Below are positions 38,882-47,800 of a DNA stretch of 64,000 bases, one piece after another. The DNA is taken from positions 60,794 to 124,793 of the forward strand of contig CACYXR010000017.1 of NCBI GenBank assembly GCA_902778455.1, written 5' to 3'. The position numbers and the translations under genes are program-made. The notes below the pieces were generated by a model. It had not been told where the DNA came from and did not search any database. It saw only the letters and a list, made by a program, of their open reading frames with translations. Position 1 is the first letter of the stretch; each line of letters starts with the position of its first letter. The DNA is from an uncultured Selenomonadaceae bacterium. Lineage in GTDB: Bacteria; Bacillota; Negativicutes; Selenomonadales; Selenomonadaceae.

Positions 38882-39043
38882 AAGAATCACTGAACAAGTT
38901 CCGCCGCACTCCTGCCGGTTCTTTTCCGGCTGTCGTTGTCCAAGACTTCTCAACGCAGCGATGCTGCGCCTTCGATATCTTTTCCTGTTCAGCCGAAAAT
39001 TCTTCTTCGGCAGGAGCACAACTTAACTTATTCAGTGATTCCT
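38882..39043. repeat. MITE-like structured repeat, copy 2 (~162 bp, inverted relative to copy 1)
   Basis: TIRs AAGAATCACTGAACAAGT / ACTTATTCAGTGATTCCT. Internal long-range pairing CTCCTGCCG / CGGCAGGAG. The reverse complement aligns with 20429-20604. Confidence 0.6.
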
Positions 39044-39294
39044 AAAAACTCCAAAATCAGGAACACAGCGGGTGGCAGTCCACGCGCCGGCGTGTTGGTG
39101 TCAAATTGAAAAAACCAATGCGCACGTCCGGCATCACCACCGGAGCGGCGCCGCCCGTGCCCGCTTTCTCGCCATATTTACGAGTGAATCCGGCTCAACT
39201 CGCCTTTCCCCTGTGGTCAAGGGGTGCCATGGCTGTAATGCACAATGAATTTTTCATATCTGTGCATCCCCTGTGCTTTTCCCTGTCCTGACTT

Positions 39295-39948
39295 TTATGT
39301 TATTCTCTTATTCCACCAATATCCAATCACTGCGTACATACCGATAATACCCGCGAGAATGAGCAAAAACATGGCGGAGGGAAGCTTTGCCGCTGCCGTG
39401 CCGAAAATGTGCTTCATCATCAGACGGTCGCCGATCCGGTGCAAAAACGAGCCGACGACGCCGAGGAGGAAAACGGCGGCCAGCGCGAACCGCGTGCCAA
39501 CGAGATAACGCCGTGAGGAAACATCCAAACCTCGCCAGCGCACGAACCTCGTCCAGAGCGCCGTCCAGTGCAGCCCTAAGTGAAGTCCCGAAAAAATCAG
39601 CATCCAATAGGAAGCCGCGACATGCGCCTGATGGGCGACAATGCTCCGCTGCCAGGCAAGACCGAACACGCCCGGAAAGAGGCGGTTCGCGATGGCAAGA
39701 CCGCTGATGAACGCGACAGCGAAGGAAACCGCCAGTCCCACATTGACTATGAGCGAAGCCGCCCGCCGGACGTTCCACGCGCCCCGACCGAGAGAGGAAA
39801 ACCATTTCCCGTTCCACGCGAGGTGAAGCAGCACGAAAACTCCCATGACAACGCCCAGCGCCTCATGCAGCGGCTTCGGCAAGACCTGAAAGCCCATCAC
39901 CAACAGGAGAAGCGCAAACAGCAGCCCATCCAATAATACCCGTTTCAT
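39295..39948 (-). CDS. DUF4405-like integral membrane protein
   Basis: ATG at 39948 (MKRVLLDGLLFALLLLVMG...). Five to six TM segments with several conserved-looking His residues. Last gene of the exported-enzyme cluster. Confidence 0.65.
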   Translation of the reverse strand: MKRVLLDGLLFALLLLVMGFQVLPKPLHEALGVVMGVFVLLHLAWNGKWFSSLGRGAWNVRRAASLIVNVGLAVSFAVAFISGLAIANRLFPGVFGLAWQRSIVAHQAHVAASYWMLIFSGLHLGLHWTALWTRFVRWRGLDVSSRRYLVGTRFALAAVFLLGVVGSFLHRIGDRLMMKHIFGTAAAKLPSAMFLLILAGIIGMYAVIGYWWNKRIT

Positions 39949-39967
39949 ATCGCCGTGCCGTCGTCTT

Positions 39968-40510
39968 TTATTTCGCGTAGCCGAGGCCGGAAATCCACGG
40001 CGCGACGTCGCCGGCGTCGTTGGCCAGGATTCCGTCGCCGATGGTCGCTCCCGCCGCTGAGGCACGGATGCTGTCGAGGCTGTCTGAGAGCGGGCTGCCG
40101 CCGCTGGTGGCGAAGGGAATCACCGTCTTTCCGGAGAAATCGTAGCTTTCCAGGAAAGAGAGCACGATCATCGGCGCGTCGTACCACCAGATCGGGTAGC
40201 CGACAAACACCACGTCGTAGTCCGCCATGTTCTCCACCCGCCCGTCGATCCCCGGGCGGGCGTTGTTGTTTTTCTCCGCTTTCGCCACGTCAAGGCACTC
40301 GTCATAGGCCGGATACGGCGTCACAGGCACAATCTCGAACAGGTCGCCGCCCGTCTGCGCGGCAATCTCTTTCGCTACGTTCGCAGTATGTCCCTGATAG
40401 GAAAAATAGGCTACGAGGATCTTCCCGCTGGCCTCCGCCCGATGGGAGAACCCAAATCCGCAGAACGCCGCCGCGAATATCGCGGCACAAAACAAAAACA
40501 TTGTTTTCAT
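39968..40510 (-). CDS. flavodoxin-like protein with N-terminal signal peptide
   Basis: Signal MKTMFLFCAAIFAAAFCGFGFSHRAEA, then ILVAYFSYQGHT... and GYPIWWYDAP, typical of the flavodoxin_4 family. SD GGAGG before the ATG at 40510. Confidence 0.8.
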   Translation of the reverse strand: MKTMFLFCAAIFAAAFCGFGFSHRAEASGKILVAYFSYQGHTANVAKEIAAQTGGDLFEIVPVTPYPAYDECLDVAKAEKNNNARPGIDGRVENMADYDVVFVGYPIWWYDAPMIVLSFLESYDFSGKTVIPFATSGGSPLSDSLDSIRASAAGATIGDGILANDAGDVAPWISGLGYAK

Positions 40511-40538
40511 GATATAAAGCCTCCTTATCCTGCAATCC

Positions 40539-40979
40539 TTATTTCGCCGTCTCGTCCGCGTAAACTTCCTTCGCCATATTGAAGGCCGCCCACGCTTTCG
40601 GCCAGCCTGCGTAGAAGCCAAGCTGGGTGATGATCTCCGCCATCTCGGCCTTCGTGACGCCGTTCTTCTTCGCCGATTCGATATGGTATTTCAGCGAGCT
40701 GTCGATGATGCCGCTGGCCACCAGCGCCGAGACCGTCACGATGCTGCGGTCGTGCAGGGAAAGCACGTCGTTCTTCGACCAGACCTCGCCGAAGAGGATA
40801 TCGTCGTTATATCGCGCGAAGTCCGGCGCGAAATCGCCGAGCCTGTCGCGCCCCGCCGTCTGCACTACCTTTACCGCTTCCCGCTGTTCAGCCATTTCCG
40901 CCACTCCCATCGTCATGAAATTCGTCGTGAAAAACATTCCCGCCGCCAATACGGCCGCTGTCCATTTCTTTGTGTTCAT
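40539..40979 (-). CDS. carboxymuconolactone decarboxylase (CMD) family protein with signal peptide
   Basis: Hydrophobic N-terminus MNTKKWTAAVLAAGMFFTT..., then the CMD core ...LSLHDRSIVTVSAL...EIITQLGFYAGWP. Confidence 0.78.
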   Translation of the reverse strand: MNTKKWTAAVLAAGMFFTTNFMTMGVAEMAEQREAVKVVQTAGRDRLGDFAPDFARYNDDILFGEVWSKNDVLSLHDRSIVTVSALVASGIIDSSLKYHIESAKKNGVTKAEMAEIITQLGFYAGWPKAWAAFNMAKEVYADETAK

Positions 40980-40996
40980 GTTGATTCCTCCGTTCT

Positions 40997-41746
40997 TTAT
41001 TTCTGCAGGCCTTTCGTGCTCAAAACGATATGGGCCGGACGGTTCGTGATTTCCCTCGCCGCCGTGAACATCGACGAAAGCCCCCGCAGATATTCGCCGT
41101 AGGCTTCGGACTCCACATAGCTTTGATAGGCCGCCTCGTCCCGATAAATCTCCATCGTGTGGATGATATTCGGCGCGTCGTGCTCCGCCGTCACGAACAT
41201 GCCCATGACGCCCGCGTCGTCCCGCACGGCGCGGACCGCTTCCGCCGTCGCCAGCTTCTGGTACTCGGCGAGCCGCTCCGGGCGCACCTCATAGCGGTGC
41301 ATCAGGACTACCGTGCCGACGCCCTCCGCTTTCTGCTCCAATGCGATGCCGTTGGCCTCAAGGATTTTCAGGCTCTTGAGGATGGGCAGCCGCTCGGCGC
41401 GGTAAGCCTGGAATCCTTCGCTGCTGGCGTGGATGCGGTACGCCTCATAGCTCTCGTAAATCTCGATCAGCCGCAGCACGTCGGGATTTTCCGCGTCGAT
41501 GCCGCCATAGAGCGCGTAGGTTCCGGCTTCGCCTGCCGCCGTCGGGCCGACAGTGCGCGCCGCGACTTCGCCCATCTTCGCCATATCGCCGGGCGTGGAT
41601 TCCACCACCGCCCAATGAACCATCGGCATATTCCCCTCCGGCGTGCGGATCGGATGCGCCGACACAACCGTACTTGCCATCATGATTCCTCCCAATACAA
41701 GCAAAGCAAGTTTCTTTTGCAACTGTCTCATACGCCCCTCCGTCAT
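40997..41746 (-). CDS. tandem ABM (antibiotic biosynthesis monooxygenase-like) domain protein with signal peptide
   Basis: Signal ...KKLALLVLGGIMMASTVVSA. Two ABM-like halves (EIYESYEAYRIHASSEGF; EIYRDEAAYQSYVESEAY). Confidence 0.7.
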   Translation of the reverse strand: MTEGRMRQLQKKLALLVLGGIMMASTVVSAHPIRTPEGNMPMVHWAVVESTPGDMAKMGEVAARTVGPTAAGEAGTYALYGGIDAENPDVLRLIEIYESYEAYRIHASSEGFQAYRAERLPILKSLKILEANGIALEQKAEGVGTVVLMHRYEVRPERLAEYQKLATAEAVRAVRDDAGVMGMFVTAEHDAPNIIHTMEIYRDEAAYQSYVESEAYGEYLRGLSSMFTAAREITNRPAHIVLSTKGLQK

Positions 41747-41940
41747 TTCTTTTCCGCCATGAACTTCGGCAGCAGCTTTCCGCCGACGCCCCAGTTTTCC
41801 GGCTCGTTTTCCTCGATCAGCACATAAAACGCCGACGCGGGCATTCCCAGCGTTTCGCTGGCGACGCGGGTGAAGCCCTCCACCAGTTTCTCCTTCTGCT
41901 CCGTCGTCGTTTTCGCGGTCTTCATTTCAATGAACGGCAT
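41743..41940 (-). CDS. 4-oxalocrotonate tautomerase family protein
   Basis: 65 aa, N-terminal MPFIEMK (Pro-1 after Met removal), typical 4-OT length. Confidence 0.8.
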   Translation of the reverse strand: MPFIEMKTAKTTTEQKEKLVEGFTRVASETLGMPASAFYVLIEENEPENWGVGGKLLPKFMAEKK

Positions 41941-41955
41941 TGTATTTTCCTCCTG

Positions 41956-42996
41956 TCATGCAAGCAATTTTTTCGCGTTTTCCGTATAGAAGCGGCCCGA
42001 CTGCCCGCGCTGGGCCAGCACTTCGTCCAGCGCTTTCTTGCGCTGCAGCACGATGGGCGCCAACACATACGGGTAATCGCTGCCATAGACGATATGCTCC
42101 TCGTCCGTGATCCGAAGCAGCATATCCATCTGGTCGGGCGTCGGGTCCCCCGCGAGGTCGAACCAAAGATGCTTCATGCCCGCTTCCATATCGACGGGTT
42201 CCATCCTGCCCATGGCCGAAAGCAGGCGGAACATGCCGCCCGCGCGGCTCTTCATATAGGGCAGGAACGAGCCGCAATGAGGCACTACGAGACGGATGCG
42301 CGGGAATTTTTCCAGCGTCCGGTTCGCCAGAAGATTCACCACCGCCCGGGTGGTGTCCGCAGGATATTCGTAGAGCGCCATGACGCCGCCCGTGACCACG
42401 CCCTCCCTCGGCAGGCTCCGGGCAGGGCTCGGATGCAGGATTACCAGCGCGCCGCGCTTGTCCAATTCTGCAAAAACGGGGTCAAAGCTCGGATCGCCGA
42501 GATAGACGCCGTCGCTGTTCGAGGCGACCTTCACGCCCAACGCGCCGAGACGCTCCGTTGCGTAACGGATTTCCTCCAGCGCGCCCTCAACGTCGGGCAG
42601 GGGCAGCGCCGCGACGAAGCCGAATTTTTCCGGATGCTTTCGGCTGAACGCGGCGTATTCCTCATTGACCGCCCGCGTGACCTCGCGGGCAAGTCCCGCG
42701 TCGCCATGATAGGTGTGCGGCGTCGGCATGGACAGCACGGCGTAGTCGAGACCCGCGTCCTCCATGAATTGCAGATGCGCCTCTTCCGACCACTGCGGAA
42801 TGGGAAAGCCTTCCTCCGCCACGACGTCGATGCCGAGGCGTTTCAGCCCGTCGACATAAGACGGCAGCATCGCGTGGGCGTGAAAATCCACGCGCCGCCC
42901 CGTCATTTTCGCCGCCGACGCCATGGACGGGAAGCGTCCCAGGAGCGCCGACGCCGCCGCGGCTCCGGACAGCTTCAAAAAATCACGTCGTTTCAT
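41956..42996 (-). CDS. Amidohydro_2 (ACMSD-like TIM-barrel metal hydrolase/decarboxylase) with Tat signal
   Basis: Twin-arginine motif MKRRDFLKLSGAAAASALLG. HxH motif (VDFHAHAM). C-terminal YGSDYPY. Confidence 0.8.
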   Translation of the reverse strand: MKRRDFLKLSGAAAASALLGRFPSMASAAKMTGRRVDFHAHAMLPSYVDGLKRLGIDVVAEEGFPIPQWSEEAHLQFMEDAGLDYAVLSMPTPHTYHGDAGLAREVTRAVNEEYAAFSRKHPEKFGFVAALPLPDVEGALEEIRYATERLGALGVKVASNSDGVYLGDPSFDPVFAELDKRGALVILHPSPARSLPREGVVTGGVMALYEYPADTTRAVVNLLANRTLEKFPRIRLVVPHCGSFLPYMKSRAGGMFRLLSAMGRMEPVDMEAGMKHLWFDLAGDPTPDQMDMLLRITDEEHIVYGSDYPYVLAPIVLQRKKALDEVLAQRGQSGRFYTENAKKLLA

Positions 42997-43008
42997 ATCT
43001 TGTTTCCT

Positions 43009-43683
43009 TTACAGATTCGCGCCGATTTTCCGCGCCATCTCGCCGAACTCCGAGCGCTCCGCCAGCGAGCGCGAGCCGCAGCCGGTACCGAGTACCTGCC
43101 CGACGTCCGTCCAGTTCATATAGCGCACTAAGGTGTCGTAATGGGCGGCCAGCGCCTGGAAGGTCCAGTCCGCGCTGTTGTACGCCGTGGAAATCAGCAT
43201 CGCCTTCTTGCCGTTCAGTTTCCCGGTGCGGGAATAGAAACGGTCCACCACGATCTTCAGCTGCGCCGACATGCCGTAGTAATAGAGCGGCGTCGTCAGC
43301 ACCAGCATATCCGCTTCCAGCATCTTCGGCATCAGCTTCGTCTCGATGGCGTCCTGGAAAATGCAGGGGCCGTCCATGCCGCACTTGTCGCAGCCGCGGC
43401 AAGGATGTGTTTCCTCGTTCGCCGCGTCGAACACGAAAATCTCATGCCCCGCGCTTTTCGCGCCCTCGATGAACCGCTCCGCGAGATAGATAGATGTGGA
43501 CTCGTTCTTCGGATGCGGGCTTGATGTCACAACCACGATCTTCATTTGTTTTCCCCCCGATACGCTGCCCTTCGCGGGCGGCGTGATTTTCTTTTCCGCA
43601 GGCGCGGCGGCGAGACCGCAGCCGCTCAGGAAGAGCGTCAGCAAGCCTATGCCGCTCACCTTCAGGAATTCCCGCCGATTCAT
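43009..43683 (-). CDS. flavodoxin-fold NAD(P)H-dependent FMN reductase / iron-sulfur flavoprotein-like, Tat-lipoprotein signal
   Basis: MNRREFLKVSGIGLLTLFLSGC (RR motif plus lipobox), then KIVVVTSSPH and Cys cluster CRGCDKCGMDGPC. Confidence 0.78.
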   Translation of the reverse strand: MNRREFLKVSGIGLLTLFLSGCGLAAAPAEKKITPPAKGSVSGGKQMKIVVVTSSPHPKNESTSIYLAERFIEGAKSAGHEIFVFDAANEETHPCRGCDKCGMDGPCIFQDAIETKLMPKMLEADMLVLTTPLYYYGMSAQLKIVVDRFYSRTGKLNGKKAMLISTAYNSADWTFQALAAHYDTLVRYMNWTDVGQVLGTGCGSRSLAERSEFGEMARKIGANL

Positions 43684-43692
43684 GCTCTCACC

Positions 43693-44241
43693 TTATTTCA
43701 GCTTCGCGTATTCCGCCTCGTTCACCGGCTCCAGCCATTCCGTCGAGACGCCTTCGCCCGACAGCATGATGGAAAGATGCTGCATCATATTGTTCGGCCC
43801 CGCGCCGTGCCAGTGCTTCGTACCCTCAGGAATCGTCACCACCGTGCCGGGCAGGATCTCCTTCGGCTCCTCGCCCCAGATCTGATAGTAGCCGCGCCCC
43901 GATTCGCCGACGAGAATCTGGCATGTGCCATGATGGATATGCCAGTGGTTGATGGTGCCTTTCGTGAAGGTCACGTTCGCCACGCCGATCTTGTCGCTGG
44001 CCAGCGGCGCGAGGAAGGTCTTGCCCGTAAAATATTTATCGTAGTTGACGTTCGGCGAGCCGATGGCAAAAATCGTTCCGGCTTCTTTGCCAAGCTCCGC
44101 CTTGACTTCCTCCACGGCGGGATAGCCTTCCACCGCTTCCGCCGCGTCGGCGACGCCGCCGAAGGTCGTCAGCCCCGCCGCGAGAACGCCTGCCAGCGCC
44201 ACCAGTTTCATTTTCTTCGTCCAATTCTTCATTTTCTTCAT
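43693..44241 (-). CDS. cupin domain protein with signal peptide
   Basis: ATG at 44241. Signal MKKMKNWTKKMKLVALAGVLAAGLTTFGGVADA. Cupin motifs (HWHIHHG...; GTKHWHGA). The maximal ORF to 44574 is not credible. Confidence 0.8.
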   Translation of the reverse strand: MKKMKNWTKKMKLVALAGVLAAGLTTFGGVADAAEAVEGYPAVEEVKAELGKEAGTIFAIGSPNVNYDKYFTGKTFLAPLASDKIGVANVTFTKGTINHWHIHHGTCQILVGESGRGYYQIWGEEPKEILPGTVVTIPEGTKHWHGAGPNNMMQHLSIMLSGEGVSTEWLEPVNEAEYAKLK

Positions 44242-44492
44242 CGTCCCTTCTGTTGTTTGCCGTTCTCGGCCTGCCATATCAAATAATCGACCTTGTCCAA
44301 AACCTGCTGTCGTTGGTGCAGCTCGTCCATGAGTCGCCCCCGCTGTCCCCGGAGGATTCGCGCCCGCGCCGCCTCCGTGCCGGAGCGCGTCGAAAGCTCC
44401 ATATAGCGGCGAACGTCCGACGGATCGAATCCCGCGCTTTCCAGCAGCGAAAAAAGCCCCGCGTTCGCCTCCGTTTTTTTCAACCACATCAC
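44238..44492 (-). CDS. small hypothetical protein, translationally coupled to the cupin gene
   Basis: 84 aa. ATGA overlap with the cupin start. Helical C-terminus (RILRGQRGRLMDELHQRQQVLDKVDYLIW). Function unknown. Confidence 0.45.
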   Translation of the reverse strand: MMWLKKTEANAGLFSLLESAGFDPSDVRRYMELSTRSGTEAARARILRGQRGRLMDELHQRQQVLDKVDYLIWQAENGKQQKGR

Positions 44493-44669
44493 GCTCCTTT
44501 GTGTCGCCCAAACGAAAAATATGGACGAAGCCGTTCTTATCGGCTTCGCCCACAGTATAGCGTCTTCGATGCAAGTTTGTCTAATACCTATTTTTTATGC
44601 GCATCTATGCTTTGAAAGCATGGACATCAGGAAGCACATAGAAGAAACAGTCGTCCGGGGCTGGCGCTT

Positions 44670-45032
44670 TCATTGCGCTGTCGGCAGCGGCACAATGCCC
44701 AAGGTTTTTCCAAGCGGTGCAAGCATTTTTACAAGCGTGTCGATTTGGGGGCTGATGTGCCCTCTTTCTATTCGCGCGATTACCGGCTGTTTCACGCCGC
44801 TTAATTCTTCCAGTTTCCTTTGTGTAATTCCCTTTTCGTTCCGCGCTTTGATAAATTCGCCGATCAGCGCCACGCGCAGATTGCTGGCGGCGATTTCCTC
44901 CGGCGTGAAAATCTCCTTTTCAAATTCGTCCCATTCATCTTTTCCCGTAATGATGCCGCGTTTTTTCGCATCCTCCAAGCAAGCCTGCGCATGCGCAATA
45001 GCTTTCTCATACTCTTTATCCATTGTCTTCAT
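44670..45032 (-). CDS. higA: XRE-family HTH antitoxin (HigA-like)
   Basis: C-terminal HTH: GITQRKLEELSGVKQPVIARIERG. Overlaps the upstream toxin gene. Confidence 0.75.
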   Translation of the reverse strand: MKTMDKEYEKAIAHAQACLEDAKKRGIITGKDEWDEFEKEIFTPEEIAASNLRVALIGEFIKARNEKGITQRKLEELSGVKQPVIARIERGHISPQIDTLVKMLAPLGKTLGIVPLPTAQ

Positions 45033-45378
45033 TCCTTTCCTTGAACTCCTTCAAAAGGCGTTTTGCTTTCTCGATTTCGGCGAGCGGCGTTTTTCTCGTT
45101 TTCTTAACGAAATGGCTGATCAGAAGAAAACTTTTTCCCGTCCACGCCGCAAAAAGGACTCTGTCGCTCAAAGGACGCAGTTCCCATATGTCTCCGCCAA
45201 GTTTCTTCATATATGGCTCCCCGATTGTTGTACCGTACACTTTTAATGCCTTGATATAGTCCTTGATTTTATTCGCTCTTATGCGACTGTTCTTGTCACG
45301 CTTACTTGCAAGTTCTCTGATAAACTCACGAACTGGTTTTTCGCCTTTCTTGTCGGTGTAAAATTCGATAGCGTACAC
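45016..45378 (-). CDS. higB: RelE/ParE-superfamily toxin, HigB/Gp49-like
   Basis: IEFYTDKKGEKPVREFI...GDIWELRP...RVLF...HFVKKTRKTP, typical of the Gp49/HigB family. GTG at 45378 preceded by AGGAGG; the maximal ORF reaches 45423. Confidence 0.75.
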   Translation of the reverse strand: MYAIEFYTDKKGEKPVREFIRELASKRDKNSRIRANKIKDYIKALKVYGTTIGEPYMKKLGGDIWELRPLSDRVLFAAWTGKSFLLISHFVKKTRKTPLAEIEKAKRLLKEFKERNEDNG

Positions 45379-45563
45379 TGACGGGCCTCCTTTCTGCCTA
45401 TATGATAACTTAAAGATAATCAATAGTCAAGACATGGCAACGCATGGAGCATCGGGAGCTGCCATGCGAAACTGAAATGATCCTGTGCGTGTCAGGCGCC
45501 TGCCGATTCATTAAAAACCTGTAATGTGGCGAAAAGTGACGCCTACACCATGCCGGAATTATG

Positions 45564-45572
45564 TGCTATAAT
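45564..45572 (+). promoter_or_regulatory. extended -10 element (TGCTATAAT) upstream of the DUF362 gene
   Basis: TGnTATAAT match about 45 nt upstream of the ATG. The -35 is weak. Confidence 0.35.
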
Positions 45573-45617
45573 CAAACAATAGGATTACTTCTCAACCAAG
45601 AACAGGAGGGCATCTTT

Positions 45618-46730
45618 ATGAGCGAATTGACACGACGGGACTTCATCAAACTGGCTGGCGCGGCGGCGGCCATGACCGCGCTGCCGGGCTATGCCGGAGC
45701 GGCGGAAAAGGACGAGGGCGGCCGGGGCTCGGCGAAAAAGCCGGGCACGGGCGGCGACAAGTATCTTCCTTACGACAAGCGGACCGGCCCGGAGGCTTTC
45801 GTCTATTTCACCCGAGACCTTTCGGCGGCGGGGCTCCTGAAAGTCTTTGACCGCGTGAAGGGCGCTCTCGCCGGGAAGATTGCCGTGAAGCTCCATACCG
45901 GCGAGCCGGAGGGGCCGAACATCATTCCCCGCCCGTGGGTCAGGGAGCTTCTCGCCGAGCGCCTGCCGAACGCCGCCATCGTCGAGACAAACACCTACTA
46001 TAATTACGGGCGCTACACGACGGAAGACCACCGGAAAACTCTCGAGACGAACGGCTGGACCTTCGCGCCCGTGGACATCATAGACGCCGAAGGCACCGCG
46101 CTGCTTCCCGTGCCCCACGGCAAATGGTTCAAGGAAATGTCCGTCGGCAAGAATCTCTTGAACTACGATTCATTCCTTGCGCTGACTCATTTCAAAGGGC
46201 ACACCATGGGCGGCTTCGGCGGCTCGGACAAGAATATCGGCATCGGCTGTGCAGACGGCCGCATCGGCAAGAAATGGATCCACACCTATGAAGGCAAAGA
46301 TCAGTGGAGCATCAGCAAGGAAGAATTCATGGAGCGCATGACTGAATCCACCCAGGCGACGATTTCTTACTTCGCCCATAAGATCGCTTTCATCAACGTC
46401 ATGCGCAATATGAGCGTTTCCTGCGACTGCGAAGGCGTAAACGCCGCCCCGGTAGTGACGCCGGACGTCGGCATCGTCGCGTCCTTTGACATCCTCGCGG
46501 CGGACCAGGCCTGCGTCGACATGGTCTACGCGCTGCCGGAGGAAAGCCGTCACGACCTCGTGGAACGCATCGAAACCCGCCACGGTCTGCGCCAGCTTTC
46601 CTACATGAAGGAGATGGGCATGGGCAACGATCGGTATCACCTGATCGACCTCGACAACGGCGACGCCGAGATCACTGCCAAGGAAGCCGTCAAAGGCATC
46701 AGCGGCAAATGGGTTTACGACGGGCAATAA
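45618..46730 (+). CDS. DUF362 domain protein with Tat signal
   Basis: ATG at 45618 preceded by AGGAGGG. MSELTRRDFIKLAGAAAAMTALPG twin-arginine signal. DUF362-like core (IAVKLHTGE...). Confidence 0.72.
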   Translation: MSELTRRDFIKLAGAAAAMTALPGYAGAAEKDEGGRGSAKKPGTGGDKYLPYDKRTGPEAFVYFTRDLSAAGLLKVFDRVKGALAGKIAVKLHTGEPEGPNIIPRPWVRELLAERLPNAAIVETNTYYNYGRYTTEDHRKTLETNGWTFAPVDIIDAEGTALLPVPHGKWFKEMSVGKNLLNYDSFLALTHFKGHTMGGFGGSDKNIGIGCADGRIGKKWIHTYEGKDQWSISKEEFMERMTESTQATISYFAHKIAFINVMRNMSVSCDCEGVNAAPVVTPDVGIVASFDILAADQACVDMVYALPEESRHDLVERIETRHGLRQLSYMKEMGMGNDRYHLIDLDNGDAEITAKEAVKGISGKWVYDGQ

Positions 46731-46746
46731 GAAGAGCGAATAGAAA

Positions 46747-46789
46747 ACGTCCCGGTTCTGCGATGAGCAATGAACCGGGACGTTTTTTA
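46747..46789 (+). terminator. rho-independent terminator
   Basis: Stem ACGTCCCGGTTC / GAACCGGGACGT followed by TTTTTT. Confidence 0.8.
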
Positions 46790-46812
46790 TCAAGGTGCTT
46801 CTCTATCGAACA

Positions 46813-47685
46813 TTATTCCACGAATTTTTCCCGCAGGAAATCCAAAAACCTGCCCGCCGCACCGAAAGTCGGCTGGAAACGTTTCCAGGCAAGAACCACG
46901 GTGGAGGTCAGCGGCGGGTCGAGGGGACGGAAGGCGAACCGCGCCGGATCGTAATGACACACCGCACCCTCGATGGTGATGGCGTCGGCGAAGCCGCCTT
47001 CCACCAGCGGCAGTGAATTGTCCACAAGGTTGTGGCATGCGATGATCTGTAGTTCTGTCATATCTCCCAGCCAATGCTCGACCTCCTTGCGGACGGAAAG
47101 ACGCCCCGTATTGATGAGCCGCCGCCCCGCGAGATCCTGCCGCCGGATTTTCTTCTTTTTCGCCAGCGTGCTGCCCGCCCGTGTGAACACGCCCCAGCGC
47201 TCCTTCGTCGGCAGGCGGAAATAATCATAATGGGCGACGTCGATGGGCTCCTGCAAGAGCGCGAAATCCAAAAGACCCGCGTCCAGACGTTCGCGAAGCG
47301 TATCCGCGCTGTTCGTATAAATCTCATACTTCACCTTCGGATAGCGCAGGGAAAACTCCTCCAGCGTGCGGATGACCTCCGAGCCCGCCGCATAGACGCC
47401 GCTGCCGATAGCCAGCGTCCCGCCCACGTCCTCGGCGTGGTGGAAATCTGCCTCGATGCGGTCAACGAGCGCCACGGCTTCCTCCGCCCGATGGCGAAGC
47501 ATCACACCCGCCTCGGTCAGGGCCAGCCTGCGCCCGCGCTCGAAAAGCGGCTGCCCAAGCTCCGCCTCCAGCTCAGCGAGCTGCCGTGAAAGCGTCGGCT
47601 GCGTCAAATGCAGCGATTCCGCCGCCCGCGAAATATTCTGCTCCCGCACCACCGCGAGAAAATACCGAAGCACCCGAATCTCCAT
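46813..47685 (-). CDS. LysR family transcriptional regulator
   Basis: MEIRVLRYFLAVVREQNISRAAESLHLTQPTLSRQL HTH plus a LysR substrate-binding domain. The maximal ORF reaches 47706. Confidence 0.88.
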   Translation of the reverse strand: MEIRVLRYFLAVVREQNISRAAESLHLTQPTLSRQLAELEAELGQPLFERGRRLALTEAGVMLRHRAEEAVALVDRIEADFHHAEDVGGTLAIGSGVYAAGSEVIRTLEEFSLRYPKVKYEIYTNSADTLRERLDAGLLDFALLQEPIDVAHYDYFRLPTKERWGVFTRAGSTLAKKKKIRRQDLAGRRLINTGRLSVRKEVEHWLGDMTELQIIACHNLVDNSLPLVEGGFADAITIEGAVCHYDPARFAFRPLDPPLTSTVVLAWKRFQPTFGAAGRFLDFLREKFVE

Positions 47686-47800
47686 CGTATGCCGCTTCTC
47701 CTTCACATCGGTCCTGTCTTTACGGAAAGCGCAAAGTCTAGGGGAATCTGACCGTTAGGAGCGGCCTCGACTTGAAGCCGCTCCTTTATACGTCATAGTA

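Noticed and set aside
39106-39291. 61-aa ORF and neighbouring small ORFs in the 39.05-39.29 kb gap.
   Set aside because: No SD, a Pro/Ala-rich low-complexity product, and an overlap with the 3' end region of the DUF4405 gene. Probably non-coding.
43693-44574. Maximal 293-aa ORF extending the cupin gene upstream.
   Set aside because: The extension is Gly/Ala/Arg-rich with no motif and overlaps the 84-aa ORF in another frame. The internal ATG at 44241 gives a clean signal peptide plus cupin, with an ATGA overlap to the upstream gene.
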